The notes beneath the pieces were generated by a model. That model was not told the origin of the DNA. It did no database searches and saw only the letters and a program-made list of their open reading frames with translations. Of a stretch of DNA of 51,482 nt, positions 48,667-51,482 are shown one piece after another. Source of the DNA: Armatimonadota bacterium. Its GTDB lineage: Bacteria > Armatimonadota > UBA5829 > DTLH01. Location: positions 1 through 51,482 of the forward strand of contig JBDKUN010000005.1 in the NCBI GenBank assembly GCA_039679675.1, in the 5' to 3' direction. Both the position numbers and the translations under genes were made by a program. Positions within the stretch are counted from its first letter, which is position 1. The number at the start of each line of letters is the position of its first letter.

Positions 48667-50772
48667 CTATGTCTTCGCCAAGGCCAGTGGCAAGACTTCG
48701 CCACTGCCACTGGCCCGGAGCAGCACTGTAATCACTGTAAATGTCCAGCCAGAGTCTACCATGTCATCTACAAGCAGGACCGGATTTGGTGTTATGAGCT
48801 TCTCATCGATGGCGAATGCATCTTTGATATTGTTGAGTTGCTGGCTACTGTTATGCATCAGCTTCTGCGGCTGTGTATCTCTGGCCTTGGTTACACAGGG
48901 ATGGAAAGGTATGCCCAGAGCATCAGCCACACGTTTCGCAAAATCGGGAACCAAAACCTCATGATTCAGCGAAGGTACACAGGTCACCCACGCTGGCGGT
49001 GGTTGCGGGTTCCAGCGGTTCCGAATCATATCGACCGCCGCGTTGACCAGTTCATCTGAGAAACATCCATCCTCTTGTTTCCCTTGCTTAACCAGTTCTC
49101 CCCAGCCTGCATCTCCCCACACGCAAAGTGCCCGGCCTTGCTCCGCCCTCAGATCATCGGGAATCTTTCCTCTATAGCGATCATCCGGCATCTGGCTTGG
49201 CCATTGTTTTCTTGGTTCTACCACGATTTCTGACCGCCGCAAGAAAGCAGAGGCTTCAGCTGCAAGCGCCTTGTCGTAGTCTGTGGGCAGCAGAGGCGCT
49301 CCAGCACAACATGCGCACATACCACATTCTGAAGCGTGAGGATCGTCGAGTTCTCGTGAGAGGAACTCCATCAAGCAGCCTGCAGTCTGCATGTATTCCT
49401 GCATGCGCACCCGTTCCCCATTCTTTGTGGCTTTCAGTTGATCAACCCTCTTGCTGTCCAGCGCGAAGGGTGTCGCTGCTCTCATATACTTGCTGCCTTG
49501 CTTCACAATCGGAGACGGCGACTGGACCGAGAGCACGGTGAGCACCTTCATTAACTGCCCATCTGAGAGGTTTATCTCCTGCAGGAGCTGGTGTTTTGTC
49601 AAACCATCCGGTGAGTTCTCAATTGCAGTGATCACACTGGACACGTGGACAGTAGGTGGAAACGCGTTCTCGATGAAGTAGTCCGCAATATCATCGTCTT
49701 CGCTACCACCAAGCAGTATGCCATATGCTCGCTCTACCGCTCTTCCAGCCCGCCCTACCTGCTGATAGTAGTGTACCACGGATGCCGGCCGCTGGAAATG
49801 TATCACAAACTCCAAGTCCGGCTTGTCGAATCCCATCCCCAGGGCTACCGTTGCAACCAATGCCTTTATTTCGTTATTCAGAAGCCTCTGCTCAAGTGCC
49901 TTCTTCTCTTCATCACTTATGTCTCCACCGGAATGGTAAGCGTACGCATCAATACCTTTAGACCTCAGCCATTCAGCGAGCTTATCCGCATCGCGGACAG
50001 TGAGAGTGTAGACAATCCCGCTGCCTTTCATCTTAGGCAGGTATTCCGCTAGCCACGCCATTCTTGCCGCTCGGCTGGGCATCAAGATGTTCTGCAGTCG
50101 CAGGCTCTGCCTGACCAGAGGTCCCCTTATGACCTTGAGCTCCGCACCCAACTGACTGACCACGTCTTCTACTACTCTGTCGTTCGCTGTAGCAGTTGTG
50201 GCGAGTGCCGGGGTGTTGGGTGGAAGGACTCGCAATATACGGGCAATACGCATGTAGTCCGGGCGGAAATCGTGCCCCCAGTCTGAGATACAATGAGCTT
50301 CATCAACGACGAACAGTCCGACCGAAGACGTGATCTTGGACAAGACTTCCTCGATAAAGCTCTCGTTAGCAAGCCTTTCAGGTGATACCAGCAACACGTC
50401 GAGATCACCCGCCAATACACGCGCCTTTATAGCCTCCCAGTCCTCCCTATTTGTTGAGTCTATAGACTGTGCAGTAATACCGATGCGCCCGGCCGCTTCA
50501 ATCTGGTTGCGCATCAGGGATAGCAAGGGAGAGATCAACAACGTTGGCCCCGCGCCAGCTTCCCGGAGCAGCTTAGTAGCAAGGAAGTAGACTATGCTCT
50601 TTCCCCAGCCGGTGCGCTGGACCACCAGCAGCTTCTCCTTGCGCGTGGTAATTGACTCGATAGCTTCCCACTGTCCGTCTCGGAACTCGGCATCGTCTTT
50701 TTCCAGCGCTGCTCGCAAGTACGTAAGCGCCCGCTGCTTCAACTCACCATTACCTGATACTGCAGTATCCAT
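48667..50772 (-). CDS. rqlH: RecQ-like helicase with C-terminal phosphoribosyltransferase domain (RqlH-type)
   Basis: QRTGWGKS, VDEAHCISDWGHDFRPDY, TATA, YYQQVGRAGR, Cys cluster CGMCACC, PRTase VLLVDDMVDSGWT; ATG 50772 after GGAGG. Confidence 0.88.
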   Translation of the reverse strand: MDTAVSGNGELKQRALTYLRAALEKDDAEFRDGQWEAIESITTRKEKLLVVQRTGWGKSIVYFLATKLLREAGAGPTLLISPLLSLMRNQIEAAGRIGITAQSIDSTNREDWEAIKARVLAGDLDVLLVSPERLANESFIEEVLSKITSSVGLFVVDEAHCISDWGHDFRPDYMRIARILRVLPPNTPALATTATANDRVVEDVVSQLGAELKVIRGPLVRQSLRLQNILMPSRAARMAWLAEYLPKMKGSGIVYTLTVRDADKLAEWLRSKGIDAYAYHSGGDISDEEKKALEQRLLNNEIKALVATVALGMGFDKPDLEFVIHFQRPASVVHYYQQVGRAGRAVERAYGILLGGSEDDDIADYFIENAFPPTVHVSSVITAIENSPDGLTKHQLLQEINLSDGQLMKVLTVLSVQSPSPIVKQGSKYMRAATPFALDSKRVDQLKATKNGERVRMQEYMQTAGCLMEFLSRELDDPHASECGMCACCAGAPLLPTDYDKALAAEASAFLRRSEIVVEPRKQWPSQMPDDRYRGKIPDDLRAEQGRALCVWGDAGWGELVKQGKQEDGCFSDELVNAAVDMIRNRWNPQPPPAWVTCVPSLNHEVLVPDFAKRVADALGIPFHPCVTKARDTQPQKLMHNSSQQLNNIKDAFAIDEKLITPNPVLLVDDMVDSGWTFTVITVLLRASGSGEVLPLALAKT

Positions 50773-51138
50773 TCCCACCTCCGGCGAGATCGGATACTGC
50801 TTGAGATCTCGTTCATAAAATAAGCATTAGCCCGCATCAACAAGGCTGGTTGCGTATATTATAACTACGGGCTCACATTTCAGCAAATTACAAGTAAATT
50901 GGGTATTGCCCGAGACAGCGCCATCACATCAAAGCTCTCAAAGTAGCAACATGAGATCGTCCTCCCCTCCGGTTCTCATGATTCAGAGAAAAGGGGCGAA
51001 AACAGAGAGAATCGTGGCCAAATGTAGGGTTCTGGCATCGAAGCCCGATCTCGAGTTCAGATGCGAATAAAAATGCCGCATAGAGACAATGTGAGCTCAG
51101 ATTCACGCTGAAACATCTGCTAGAGACCCCTTAATAGC

Positions 51139-51177
51139 AAAAAGCGAGAAACCATAACAGAGACGGTTTCTCGCTTT
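51139..51177 (-). terminator. Intrinsic terminator-like hairpin
   Basis: AAAGCGAGAAACC/GGTTTCTCGCTTT with a T-tract on the minus strand. Confidence 0.65.
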
Positions 51178-51482
51178 ACATTTGGTAGGCCAACGAACAG
51201 GCACCAAAACCGAACTAATGTTCGACTCACCCGTCGGTGTTATCGGAACTCAGAACTGCCAGCACATGGGCGTCAAAACCCCGGTCTCATGATATTCATG
51301 TATATCAACCTTCAGTTGAGCTCAGGACAGGAGGTGGAGCGGCAGTGAGCTCACGACTGTAAATCGGCATGCAATAATGACCCATCTGAGGGCATAATCG
51401 GCGTCGAAAACTGACTCACCTCAGCTAATCTTCCGATCTCTGTTATAGACGGCAGAGAGAGGAGTAATCTTGTAAGGAGATG

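Noticed and set aside
51219..51300. tRNA suggested by GTTCGACTC
   Set aside because: No cloverleaf or CCA end can be built around it

Overview
Bacterial chromosomal window of about 40 genes. A secreted beta-helix protein with a 'GLNNIGLLV' C-terminal region suggests Armatimonadota, which is an inference. Housekeeping genes: trpS, greA, ppdK, htrA, rtcA, murJ, tRNA-Pro(CGG) and groES-groEL with a CIRCE element. Accessory content: larE-larB-larC (nickel-pincer cofactor synthesis, no larA in the window), an anSME/two-sulfatase/SulP cluster, an amino-sugar (de)acetylation and glycosyltransferase neighbourhood, an AT-rich HEPN-like gene between short direct repeats, and a terminal island with an RqlH/RqlI-type pair (RecQ-PRTase helicase plus DprA-like protein) and gene fragments. 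The best candidate for an undescribed system is a structured leader upstream of larEBC: two copies of a GYC-RUGAA-GGC hairpin, the second overlapping an intrinsic terminator, which is antitermination architecture and possibly nickel-responsive. Other non-coding signals: four GTTT-N16-GGGWAD (SigB/SigF-type) promoters, a ~165-nt rod-like intergenic RNA structure, and a GCTTCGG...CCGAAGC REP-like hairpin family. All calls come from reading the sequence; no searches or folding programs were run.
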